NCBI RefSeq assembly: GCF_001194135.2
Contig: NC_068984.1
Span: 37,965,968-38,029,967 of the forward strand
Direction of reading: 5' to 3'
Length of the DNA stretch: 64,000 bases
DNA from: Octopus bimaculoides
Lineage: Eukaryota
In this document: positions 13,409-24,519 of the stretch, piece after piece
Numbering within the stretch: the stretch's first letter is position 1
Layout of the letters: each line of letters opens with the position of its first letter
Translations under genes and position numbers: made by a program
The notes under the pieces: generated by a model
Databases searched by the model: none
Seen by the model: only the letters and a program-made list of their open reading frames with translations
What the model was told of the DNA's origin: nothing

Positions 13409-14139
13409 GTATGTATGCTAAGAAAATAAATTCCGTTTGAAATAGTGTATTTTGTTGCTAGCTAAGCAATATTAACGAAGAGTTATATCCCTTCAGATTT
13501 TTCAAAAAATTCAAATGTTTTGATTTTTACTTTGGTCATTCGATAAGTAGAAAATATTTCAGTATAAATATATAAGCTATGCCTTAATTCTGGATAATTC
13601 TTTTTTTAATTTGAAAACTCTGAATTCAGGTATACTAATGTAATCTTTGCATACGAATTCTATTAACTTAAGTTTTTGTGGGATAAATTTTAACTATAAA
13701 CAATTGATAACATCGCATGTCTGTACCAGATGTTATTAAAAGAGAACTGTGCATAAGAAACGTGATAGATTTCGTTAAAAGGTAAAGTTGTGAAGTGTAT
13801 ACGAAGTTACTGATTAGAATTCATCATTAATAGCAACTATTTTGAGTATCTTGTAACAGATGGCTCATGAGTTTTTTAATAAGCTTCGTGCTTTGTTTCA
13901 TGTGAGATATATTTGACTTTAAAGTAAATCATTATTTGTTAAACATTATGATGAAGTCTAATTTGATATGTAATGATTTGTCTTTATTTTACATTGATTT
14001 AGTTTATACCTGAATATCTTCATATTCTAATGAATCGCTGAAAAGATATGGACTGTTGTGCAAGAAAATTTTTACAGCTAAATATATAGGAAATCTGATA
14101 ATGTCTAAATTTCACAAATTAGTTTTTAAACTCAGCTTG

Positions 14140-14517
14140 TGAAGACCTGTTGGGGAAAGCGAAATCGTGACAGCACCTGTGCCCAGCGTCGCTTTCTTGG
14201 CACTCATGCCGGTGGCACGTGTAAAGACATTCGAGCGAGATCGTTGCCAGTGCTGCTGGGTTGGCTCCTGTGCAGGTGGCACGTAAAATACACCATTTTG
14301 AGCGTGGCCATTGCCAGTACCGCCTGATTGGCCTTCTTGCCGGTGGCGTGTAAAAGCACCCACTACACTCTTGGAGTGGTTGGTGTTAGGAAGGGCATCC
14401 AGCTGTAGAAATTCTGCCAGATCAGATTGGAGCCTGGTGTAGCCATCTGGTTCACCAGTCCTCAGTCAAATCGTCCAACTCATGCTAGCATGGAAAGCGG
14501 ACATGAAATGATGATGA
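14140..14517 (+). mobile_element. RTE 3'-UTR/tail repeat (5'-truncated LINE or SINE) in PIAS intron
   Basis: ggtggcacgtaaaa modules, aagcacccactacactc...aggaagggcatccagctgtagaaa...catggaaagcggac and a (gat)n tail; the same tail sits at the 3' end of the RTE copy at 44014-45146. Confidence 0.85.
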
Positions 14518-15199
14518 GTTTTTTTTTTCTCCGGAAATTTACTAAAATGAATACTGCATGTATATCATGAAAGTCTAATCCACAAAAACTGATAACACTT
14601 CAGCACAGTAGGCCTACCATTAAATGAAATTAGTATATGTATTGAAATTAACTACAGGATGGTGACAAGGTGGTTGAAATTTATGAAAAAGGTTGTAAGT
14701 TTTGAATCAAGGGAAATGTATATCTGTAGGAGCAGGGCAACTGTAGATGATTGAAGAGAAACCAATTGAACAAAGAAAAAAAGTAATAACTGCAAGAAAT
14801 TTTATGTACTTACCTAGATTTGTGCAAAATATTTCAATATTGTAAGTTTAAAAAGCTCCATGTAGAGTAAAATAGACATAAGAAATTCTGAGCATCAAAT
14901 GTGAAAAATGATTATCAAAGAAGACTCTTGGAGGGCAGTTAAGATTTTTAGAATTACTTATTGATTACTATCCCTGCTCCCCTTAACCATCCTATTATGA
15001 AATGAGAATGGTTCTTATTTTAAGCCTGACAGATTGAGAGAAACAGAATGTCTTTTGCAAATAGGTGATATTGTAATGTGTTTGAACATAATGGATATTT
15101 GCACTTGGAGGTTTAAAGTTGAAATTTTAAATTGTCATCTTTTCATTTCTGTATTAACATTTTATTTGATGTATTTTGTTTTCCATTTGACTTTTGCAG

Positions 15200-15284
15200 T
15201 CCCTAAACCTACTGGTCGTTTTCAAGAAACATTCTTTATATTCCATCTCACTCCTCAACAGGCACAAGATATTGCTATGTCCAG
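15200..15284 (+). CDS. PIAS: PIAS exon (VPKPTGRFQETFFIFHLTPQQAQDIAMSR)
   Basis: ttttgcag acceptor, AG|gtaaat donor, phase 1/2. PINIT F-x-LTPQQ motif. Confidence 0.95.
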
Positions 15285-15469
15285 GTAAATAATGTCTGTG
15301 TGTGTTCACTAGTTGACTATTAAATCGTTAGAATCTAAAATATTATTGGTGGCTAATTAAGTTAATATAATTTTGCTAGTTTTCTTCTATATCCTTATGT
15401 TAATCAATTCCTTGTAAGTAAGGTTAGGTGAAAAATTGTGTGTGTGGGTGTGTGAGAGAGAGGAAAAGT

Positions 15470-15700
15470 GCAAGGTTGAGCGACCAGGGTGTTCAACACA
15501 TCATCAAAAGATTGTGTGTTCAATTCCTGGGCCAGGTGACATGTGCTCTTGAGCAAAACACTTGATTTCATTTTACTCCAGTCCATTCCACTAAATGAAA
15601 TAGCCATTATGTCTACCAGGTCCACTGCAAATGAAATAGCTATCATATTCTCCCAGGTCATGGGTGAGCAGACCAAGAGAGCATCTGTCTACTCACAACT
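15470..15700 (+). mobile_element. Older tRNA-SINE with CORE-like cttgagcaaaacactt segment
   Basis: gtgttcaattcctgggccaggtgacatgtgctcttgagcaaaacacttgatttcattttactccagtccattccac, partly duplicated internally. Confidence 0.5.
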
Positions 15701-18700
15701 ACACAGGCATGTAAAAGAAATAGCCAAAGTATGGTACATGCTTATTAGGTCAAATTTGCATGCAAGGAATTATGGTGTAATATGTCTAGTGTGCCATACA
15801 ACAACTGAGGACAAAGAGAAACTAATCGGTAAAATAAGAAGTTCATCTGTATATCTATATCAAAGAACAAGCCATTCAACAAAACACTTCAGTTTCAGTG
15901 CAACCATTGTCACAAGTACAAGCTAAGATCAGACAGCCCTATCCATACTGGCTACATTTCCTACAGTGATGTAGCTCTGGCAGGTTCTAATGCGTGCCAA
16001 TGATCCCCTTAGATATAGTTGTCTCATATTTTGAAATGAGATATGTTGGGGATCACATCATCACATAAGAAGTTCTGACAACTACTTTTAGGTCATGAAG
16101 GCTTTATGAGAAGGAACAGATCCTGTTGAAATCCTGAGGAAAACTCCCATTACTAAGTTTGAATAACATTTCCATAGCTCTGAGGTTATTTCAGAAGTGA
16201 GGGTGCACAGTATGGCTGTCTTTGCTCACACCTTCCAGTGATAAGGTGAATAATATGATATGGTCAGCAGATTGGTGCTTATGCAGGGCTGCCCATCACT
16301 TTTGTTTTTTTAGGGCTGCTCAAAGTTCTCATAGGGAAAGCACCAGCATGGTGAGTTTATTAAGATGCTTCTGTCAGTTAACTAAATGCCTCAGCTGGAT
16401 TTTGTTTTAGTTCTGTCGATCATGAACTGCACTCTTATAAACTTGTACTTGATGGTCTCTTGTACTATGTATATTCGTGTGTGTGTATGTGTGTAACAAT
16501 AATGAGCTAAGGGAAATAACTGTGGATTGTGGCAGTGTTTGAACAAAGACAAATCTAACAAGATAACTACTTGACTTATTGAAATTATCACTACTTCCAG
16601 AAAGGCTTGGTGACAGTCTCAAGAATCGAGAATTTTCCAAAATTAACATCCCATTAAAGAAAAGATATATTTTGACTTTTTGATAGCTGTGGAAATGTTT
16701 TCACCTCAATACGCAGCTGTTGCTCAACATTGTCTCCAGCAGACCGAAATATATTTAGCTGTACAAGAAATTGTAGAGTATATTTATGGTCTAAGTAATA
16801 TGAATATATGTATAGTGGGTGGGTGTGTTCCTGTTCCATGCTGACATGGATTGGGCTTTGACTGGATCCCATGTGCCCAAGGCCTGCATCAAGCTCCAAT
16901 GTTTGCTTTGGCATGGATTTTACAGCTGGATACCCTTTACACTGTTTTTTTCTTTTTTTGCTTGCTCCATTGACAGTGCTACAAGCCCTGGAAGGTTGGG
17001 GATCAGTTTCATGCAAGACGATGAGGTTGCAATGAGAGAAAGAGAGCTGTGCAAAGCAAGTTCCTCCAGTGATATCTCTGCATGGCTATTAATATCTTAC
17101 AGGGGAAAAAATGTCAAGTTCATTTTGCAACTACATGTCCCATTGCACTCACTTTCTGCAAGTGTCCTTGGAGCCTGTGTGTGTATGAATGTGAAGATAC
17201 ACACACGTGTGCACACATACATATCTTCTATATTAGATACTTATGTAATACCAAACTTCAATACTGCATGGATTGAGATTTCTGTTGACAGGACACTAGT
17301 ATATAGTTTTAGTTATTTAGGTTAAGTGTCTTAATTTGGGTAGTTACAGATCTGGTGTTGCTTTGGTACATTGGTTAATACGGCTGGTTTAAAGCAGATG
17401 TAGTGTTTGAACCCCATGAGCAATGTTACATTTTTATCTTGTGTATATCTTGGTCTGCCTTGACATTGCATGCTAATGTAAACAAAATATCATCATCATA
17501 CAAGCAGTGTCAATTGTTTGCAGTTTTCTGTGAAGACAGGCGTGATTTTGTATTGTTTGTGTTCAAAGAACTAGGTAAATTGTCATGCTTGGAAAAAAGG
17601 TGTGGATTGGTGAGAACAAGAGCATTTGACCATAGTAAATCTGCCTTAGCAAATTTTGTCTGACCCATGCAAATAATGAAATTTGAATATTGAAGCAATG
17701 TTAATAATAGCTATAGCTCCTGTTGCCTACACTAACTTTATATTCAGAGTAATAAAACATCATTTAACTTGTAATAACTCTAACATTATCCAAAATGAAT
17801 GAAATTTTGTTAGCTCTCCTTTAGCTAATATCAGATAAGGCAGGAGTTTGATTAAATTTTCAATGACTGATTGATCTGTGTTTAACCACAGTACAAAGCT
17901 TTTGTCAACTCTGTACTTTTCCATCAGGATCATAGCCTTCTTTATCATGAATTGCCCATGTTCTGTAGGATTGTGAATCCTAAATTGATGTAGATGGGCA
18001 ATAGACCCATTTCAAATGTAGCCATTTAAACTACCATTTTATCGCCAAACAGCCCTCCATACTAACTCATCTGTGTTTTGTTGCACCATTCATATATTTG
18101 CCTACGATTAGAAAATTGGCAGAATTTGGTTTTGTTAAACCCATATATTGATAACAAAAACTTATTTTTTCATTCTGGTTAAATGTTTCAGTGTTATTAG
18201 CTTTTGAAATCATTGGCTTCTTTCTGGGAACTCTCCAGTCATATCTAAAATCTTTATTGTTTTTATGTAATATGTTGACAAATCCATAAAATTTGTTAAC
18301 TCTCTAATAGTTGTACATCAATAATTAATAACTTCCACCACTCTGTCCTTTCTAAAACTACACACAAGATAAAAATTGGCCATTGATTAATCTGTCAATG
18401 ATTTTTATGTTGCCTTATGAAAATTAAAGTTACAACTAGTCCAAAAATACAATTATATGCATGTACCTGCAAAGAAGAGAAATCATACCTAATTAGAATA
18501 ACAAAATCAGTGAGCAGCTAAGAGCTGTTTATTAGGTCAGTGGATGTACTTTTTACATCTGTTTAACATCCGCTTTTACATGGCCTAGATGAGATTAGGG
18601 CTTTGAGGGTGCGATTTTATTGTTGGGTGCCTCACCTGTTGCCAATCTTCATTTGCTTTTCCTGTAAGGGATTGGTTTTATATTCTGCTACTCATTGCCA

Positions 18701-18814
18701 ATGCAGAGCGACCAGTCTGTAATGTCAGCAAGGAATGACAATATCAGTTTCACTGCACTTGTTCTGCAAAATGTCAACATTCATATATTTGTATACATAT
18801 ATAGACATATGTAT

Positions 18815-18960
18815 GATAGGAAGCTTGCTTCCCAACCACATGGTTTCAGGTTGAATACCACAGTATGACACCTTGGGCAAGTGTCTTCTACTATACCCTC
18901 AAGCTGACCAAAGCCTTGTGAGTGAATTTGGTAGTTGGAAACTGAAAGAAGTCTGTTGTA
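18815..18960 (+). mobile_element. tRNA-derived SINE (family 1)
   Basis: gcttgcttcccaaccacatggtt...ccttgggcaagtgtcttctactata...gaaactgaaagaag. Confidence 0.8.
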
Positions 18961-19807
18961 TATATAATTTCATGGACTTGCAGTACATTGTGTCCTTGAA
19001 CAAGTTACTTCTTGTGAAATTTCTCTAGTCTACTCAATTGAAATTGAGTGCTGGTGCAGCTGCTTGTCTCTCCATGTATCTTATTTTTGATGTTCTGCAT
19101 CAGTAAAGAGAACGCTAAAAGGGTTTGTGTCTGTTCATGGCAATTTGCAAGTACTTCTTGGCTACTCAGACCTGCTTGCAAGTGACAGCTATGTTTTTCA
19201 TATATGTGTATATGCATGCATTTGTGTGTGTACATATGTTTTGCCACATGCAGGTATTAAAATAATACTATACGTTATTTTTGTGTATACATTTATGTAT
19301 GTGCCTGCATGTGTAAATATGTGGATATATGTATGTACATGCATATATAAATGTATATCCCCCACTGCTATCCCACCTCAGCCTATATATCACTTTCCTT
19401 CCATACATTCTTGCATCTTCTTATCCTACCACCCTTCCCATTCTTCTGTCTCTTCTATTCACCTTGTACATTAAGGGCTAACCCTGACACATTAACTCTC
19501 TCTCTCTAGATCCATCCTAATTAATCCCACCATTGTGAAGAAACCATATATCTCTTCTACAGCAAGAGGCATGTTCTTACACTGATGTGCATCACATACA
19601 CACACGTGCATGCAAATAGTTTTAATTTGTCTTCCAAATCTACTCATTTGGCTTTGGTTTGCTCAGGGCTATTATAGAAAGCATTTAATTGTCTGTACAG
19701 TAGGGCTGCATAGTTTCCTCTCATAGCAGGGATACATTTTACCTATTCTTAAAACCAATGTGTAGATGTATATGTTATATACATCTTCATGCATGTAATA
19801 TGTGTAT

Positions 19808-19975
19808 AAGGCAGCGAGCTAGCAGAAACATTAGCATGCCGGACGAGATGCTTAGCAGTATTTCGCCTGTCTTTACGTTCTGAGTTCAAATTCCTCTGAG
19901 GTTGAATATGCCTTTCATCTTTTCCAGGTCAATAAATTAAGTACCAGTTGCATACTGGGGTTGATCTCATTGCTT
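19808..19975 (+). mobile_element. tRNA-derived SINE (family 3)
   Basis: ggcagcgagctagcagaaac...gagttcaaattc...gcctttcatc...aataaattaagtaccag. An inverted relative lies at about 54975-55145. Confidence 0.75.
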
Positions 19976-20344
19976 CGGGAACGTTTTTCGGTGCTGGACA
20001 CTGTTTTCCGGTGCATGTCTTCTTGTCCCAGGCATGTTCTTGCGGCCTCAGGCTCATTCTTTCAGTGCCAGGCATGTTCCTACTCCAATTTGTTTCTAGT
20101 GGTTTTCTTACAATTATCTTAAACTGTTAAGCAGTTTATCTATTGAAGCTATGTTTCTACACATATAGTAGTGAAATTCTTGTTGAAATTCTCATTTAAT
20201 TATGAATAGCTTGTTTTGGGAAGGTTTGATAGTAACATAATATTAAATATGGTATCAAGAATGATATTCCCCCTTTTTCAGGTGATTAAAAAAATTTTTT
20301 TAATTCATTAGAAATGTTTAAATTATTATCGTTATCAGCGTCGC

Positions 20345-20672
20345 CTTACTGCCACTTGTGCCGGTGGCGCATGAAAAAAAACATTCGAGCGAGGTCATTG
20401 CCAGTGCCGCTGGACTGGCTCCTATGCAGGTGGCACATAAAAAACCGCCATTTGAGCGTGGCCGTTGCCAGTACTGCCTGACTGCCCCTTGTGCTGGTGC
20501 CACATAAAAGCACCCACTACACTCTTGGAGTGGTTCGCGTTAGGAAGGGCATCCAGCTGTAGAAACTCTGTCAGGTCAGATTGGAGCCTGGTGCAGCCAT
20601 CCAGTTTGCCAGTCCTCAGTCAAGTCATCCAACCCATGTTAGCATGGAAAGCAGACGTTAAACGATGATGAT
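20345..20672 (+). mobile_element. RTE 3'-UTR/tail repeat in PIAS intron
   Basis: Same family as 14140-14517; ends gttaaacgatgatgat. Confidence 0.85.
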
Positions 20673-21094
20673 TATCCACATATCTAGGGGCAGCTCTCCT
20701 CCCACCTGCATCCACATTTTGCACTAAACCAAAGATAAATGTCTACTATAACAAGGGTTTTTTTCCTTTTGAACTTGATTATCTGCAGCCTTCACTAAAA
20801 CACTAGACTCATTGGGCTTTTTTTATTTTTTTTAAATCCAGCCGTCTTATCTTATTTGTCTACATTTTCCCCTACCAGTGATTTTTTACACTTAAATATG
20901 TATTTACAAATCTGTACATATATTAACATGGAAAGCAACCATAAAACTGTGGAGGTAATGTTTGTGTTTATGTATAGATATATGCATCTCTGATACAGAT
21001 TACATATGTGTGTTATATATATATATAATGTGCATATTGAACAGTAAAGTATATGAATTTTTTTTAAATCTCAATTATTTTCCATTTTTTCCAG

Positions 21095-21145
21095 AGATTT
21101 TAGACCTGGTGCTAAATGTGAATACACAACACAAGTGCAGTTGAG
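21095..21145 (+). CDS. PIAS: PIAS exon (DFRPGAKCEYTTQVQLR)
   Basis: ttccag acceptor, AG|gtaagt donor, 51 bp, phase 2/2. QVQLR motif. Confidence 0.93.
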
Positions 21146-21288
21146 GTAAGTAATGATTTTAAGGTCTTTGTTGTTCCATGTCCAAAAATATTTCAATTTT
21201 GCTTGGTTATTTATCACCTCAAATATTCAGTGTGTTTATATTTTGAGTGTTAAGTTTAGTAATGAGTGACACACTTATATTTTTATAG

Positions 21289-21379
21289 ATTTTGCCTTTT
21301 GGAAACAAGCTGCGAACAAGATGACAACTTCCCTCCAAGTATATGTGTGAGAGTGAATGGGAAACTCGCGACATTGCCA
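21289..21379 (+). CDS. PIAS: PIAS exon (FCLLETSCEQDDNFPPSICVRVNGKLATLP)
   Basis: ttatag acceptor, CCA|gtaagt donor, phase 2/0. Matches PIAS FCL-x-ETSC-x-Q-x-D-x-FPP. Confidence 0.95.
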
Positions 21380-21537
21380 GTAAGTGAACAATATTTATTG
21401 TGGAATTTTTTATAAAGTATTTAGATTTTGCATGTCAATGACAAATGTTTTTTTCTTGATTTTGTCTTTTATAGTGTATATTTTTTAATGGCTTTTATTT
21501 ATTGGGTAATTGTAACAAAAAATTATTCCATTTTCAG

Positions 21538-21672
21538 AATCCAATACCAACAACTAAACCTGGTGTTGAGCCCAAACGTCCAGGACGTCCAGTTGACATC
21601 ACAGCTTTATGCCGGTTGTCACCAACAGTGCCCAATCATGTTGACGTGTCATGGGCTTCAGAGTTTGGAAGG
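21538..21672 (+). CDS. PIAS: PIAS exon (NPIPTTKPGVEPKRPGRPVDITALCRLSPTVPNHVDVSWASEFGR)
   Basis: ttttcag acceptor, AGG|gtttgt donor, 135 bp, phase 0/0. Contains GVEPKRP and the PINIT-equivalent PVDIT motif. Confidence 0.95.
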
Positions 21673-21822
21673 GTTTGTATTGTTGTTTATTAATAATTTT
21701 CATTTTGTAGAAAGTATTCTTGTTGCATTTATTTTGTTTCACTTCAAATTTTGAACCATAACTATGTGGTATTTTAACATGCTGATATTGAAATGTTCGG
21801 TGTCATTCCTTTTCTGTCCCAG

Positions 21823-21928
21823 GGTTACTGTGTTGCAGTTTACTTGGTGAAAAAGCTTACCTCTGACATTCTACTACAAAGATTAAAACAGTTTGGTAAC
21901 CGCCATCCAGATCATTCCAGAGCTTTGA
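21823..21928 (+). CDS. PIAS: PIAS exon (GYCVAVYLVKKLTSDILLQRLKQFGNRHPDHSRAL)
   Basis: gtcccag acceptor, A|gtgagt donor, phase 0/1. Confidence 0.95.
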
Positions 21929-22191
21929 GTGAGTATATTTTTACTTTTGTAAATATAATTTTTAGTTAATAAATTTTTTATATTTTAAAATTAAAAGTTA
22001 AAAGTTGGAGTAACTTGAACTACATTTACAGAAATCTAATACTAATTTGGAGATTATTATGTACAATGATATTGTTAGTGGAAACTTTCTGTAAGAGCTA
22101 ATAATATAATTTTAGCATAGTGGTACTATCAATGTGACGTATGAATAAATTCAACTAAAATGTTTTATCATAATTATTTCTTAAACTGTAG

Positions 22192-22265
22192 TTAAAGAAA
22201 AATTACAACATGATCCAGACAGTGAAATTGCAACTACTAGCCTTAGAGTATCATTGATGTGTCCA
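22192..22265 (+). CDS. PIAS: PIAS exon ([25 protein letters not shown])
   Basis: ctgtag acceptor, CCA|gtgagt donor, phase 1/0. [15 protein letters not shown]-x-CP is the conserved SP-RING entry. Confidence 0.97.
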
Positions 22266-22761
22266 GTGAGTATTCTATATATATATATATATATATATTT
22301 TCTTTTTAATTTTCCTTGTTTATATGATTATCTTTAGATGGTTTTTCAATTGGTTCATACCCTATGGTTAACTTTCACGGCTACTGCTAAATGTTTTTTT
22401 TAAAGTTTCCCCATTTAATGAAGATTTTCTTTAAAGAATACATTGTGCATAAAACTATTAATTGATCTATCATTTAATAAAATTTGCTACATCATTATTT
22501 TAGCATCTACTTTTCTGTGCTCACATGGGTCAGACAAAATTCATTAATGCCATCAGATTTTCAATGGCTTGGGTACTTTCTGTCAGCAGCCCTCAATTGT
22601 TTCCAAGTAAGAGGATAGTTCTCCATGGACAGACACTGCATGATGGTCATGTTTGTTAACAACTATCATGCAATGTTAATGTAATCAACAAATTTGTTCT
22701 GTTTGCTTTTAAGGAATTTGTCATTAAAAGAGTTTATCAGATTTGTGTATTTATTTTACAG

Positions 22762-22922
22762 CTTGGAAAAATGCGTCTTCAGATTCCCTGTCGTTGCAGT
22801 ACATGTACACATTTACAGTGTTTTGATGCTTTCACATTTCTTATGATGAATGAGAAAAAACCTACATGGATCTGCCCTGTCTGTGATAAATCTGCAGCAT
22901 TTGATAAACTTATTATTGATGG
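22762..22922 (+). CDS. PIAS: PIAS exon, SP-RING (MIZ) zinc finger ([43 protein letters not shown]...IIDG)
   Basis: ttacag acceptor, GG|gtaaat donor, phase 0/2. HLQCFDA and NEKKPTW-x-CPVCDK motifs. Confidence 0.98.
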
Positions 22923-23151
22923 GTAAATATATTAACAGTTTTTATATAATTCAAAGTAATTTGAAGCTAATAAATATAGTTTGTGTAAAATTTTCTTACT
23001 TTCAATCTCCCTAGATTGTTTTAGATTTGAAATAATCACAATGCTTGAGAGGTGAGCCTACATTGTTCCAATATGAGTTGAGGTTAGTGTGTTTTTCTCA
23101 GTTATGAGTTAGATGGTCAATATTATTTTAGTGATCATTTCTCTCTTTCAG

Positions 23152-23291
23152 ATTATTTGTGGAAATTCTTCAACAGTCTGCTGGTTGTACAGAGATTCAA
23201 TTTGGTGAAGATGGTTCTTGGAGTCCTTTGAAGGCTGTAAAAGAAACATTACTTATCAGCAGCCCAGTTATTAAAAGCTCATCAATACCAG
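23152..23291 (+). CDS. PIAS: PIAS exon (LFVEILQQSAGCTEIQFGEDGSWSPLKAVKETLLISSPVIKSSSIP)
   Basis: ctttcag acceptor, G|gtaaag donor, phase 2/1. EIQF-x-EDGSW motif. Confidence 0.95.
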
Positions 23292-23784
23292 GTAAAGTGA
23301 AAACGATTTGCCTTCAGTTTTGGTGGGTGGGTGGGTGGTAATTTTGACTGGATTCTTTGCTAACCACTATCCTGTTCTCAAGAGAAAGTAAAAGGCTTGT
23401 CTTTTGGTTTTGTGTGTGAATAGACAAGTCTTCACAGGTAAAGTTATTCAGTAGCCAAAGAATAAAATTGTTTACTGGGATTCTTTTTTCCTACCAACCT
23501 GTTAATCAAGAATTCAGATCATAAGGCACATAAACTCCTATATAGTCAACAGTCTCAGAGCAAGTTCAATCAATTCTATCCAGATATAAAACTTGGTCAC
23601 TTGAGCTGAATTATTTATTTCTTGGAAGTGTTTAACAACTGATGTCTGAGATGAATATTGCATGTTCATCTCATTGTAGAGGTATGTGAATATCTCTGGG
23701 TATATTTTCTTAAAGCCATTATTATTTTTCTCCAAATCCAGCAGCTACAGCATTCATTTATTAGTATTTGTGGATTGGTAGTAC

Positions 23785-24145
23785 TGATGTGTAGAGAACT
23801 GAAGATGTTTCCAGATAACTTATTGATTGGTTTCAGCCCCCACTGCATGGTATCTTGGGCAAATGTCTTCTATCATAGCTTGGATGGGGGTTATAAATAG
23901 ATGGAAACTGAAATAAGCCCATCATGTGGGGTTGTTTGTGTTCCTTTGTTTCAATATCATATGGTGTTGTAAATCAGAGACATTGTCACTAGAAGAGTGT
24001 TATTCATTTCTAGTATTCTGTTAAAACATGTCTGGCCAAGGAGAACTTTTACCTTGCTTGGAAACAGGTGAGGGGTGGCTATAGGAAGGGCATCTGGCCA
24101 TAGAAACTAATGCAACCATGAAAAAAGGACATTAAAATGATGGCA
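23785..24145 (+). mobile_element. tRNA-derived SINE (family 1, long form)
   Basis: cttgggcaaatgtcttctatcatagc...gaaactgaaa...ccttgcttggaaacaggtgagg...aggaagggcatctggccatagaaa. Confidence 0.7.
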
Positions 24146-24380
24146 TATTGGAAATGTGTTTGTTGCATTGACTAAAAGAAATAGAATAACATCCTACCTA
24201 AAGATCATTTTAATGACTATTTTTAGAATATAGGTATTTAACTTCTTTAGAATAGAAGGCTGAGAACGGCCCCAATGCCTTTTATACAAAATCAAAAGTA
24301 TGTTCTTGAAATCTTATTTTTTTAAATTCAATTTTCTGAAGTTATTGCTTCCAAAACATATTTATATTTTATTTTAAAAG

Positions 24381-24519
24381 GATCACCCGAGAAAAAAGCA
24401 AGTCCACAGCAAGATGTGATTGATTTGACTATGGATTCCTCATCTGACGAGGAAGATCTCACACAGCATGTTACTCCATCACGAACTCCAAGTACATCAC
24501 AAACCAGTAATTCTTCAGG
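24381..24519 (+). CDS. PIAS: PIAS SIM/acidic exon (…QDVIDLTMDSSSDEED…); read-through of the donor ends at TGA 24575-24577 (429-aa isoform)
   Basis: ttaaaag acceptor, phase 1. VIDLT SUMO-interacting motif at 24416-24430 followed by SSSDEED. Internal donor GG|gtgtgt (phase 2) is needed to join exon 31854 in frame. Confidence 0.9.

Noticed and set aside
16819-17325. 168-aa ORF
   Set aside because: It starts in a decayed inverted RTE tail, includes microsatellite-derived residues and has no recognisable domain or splice support.
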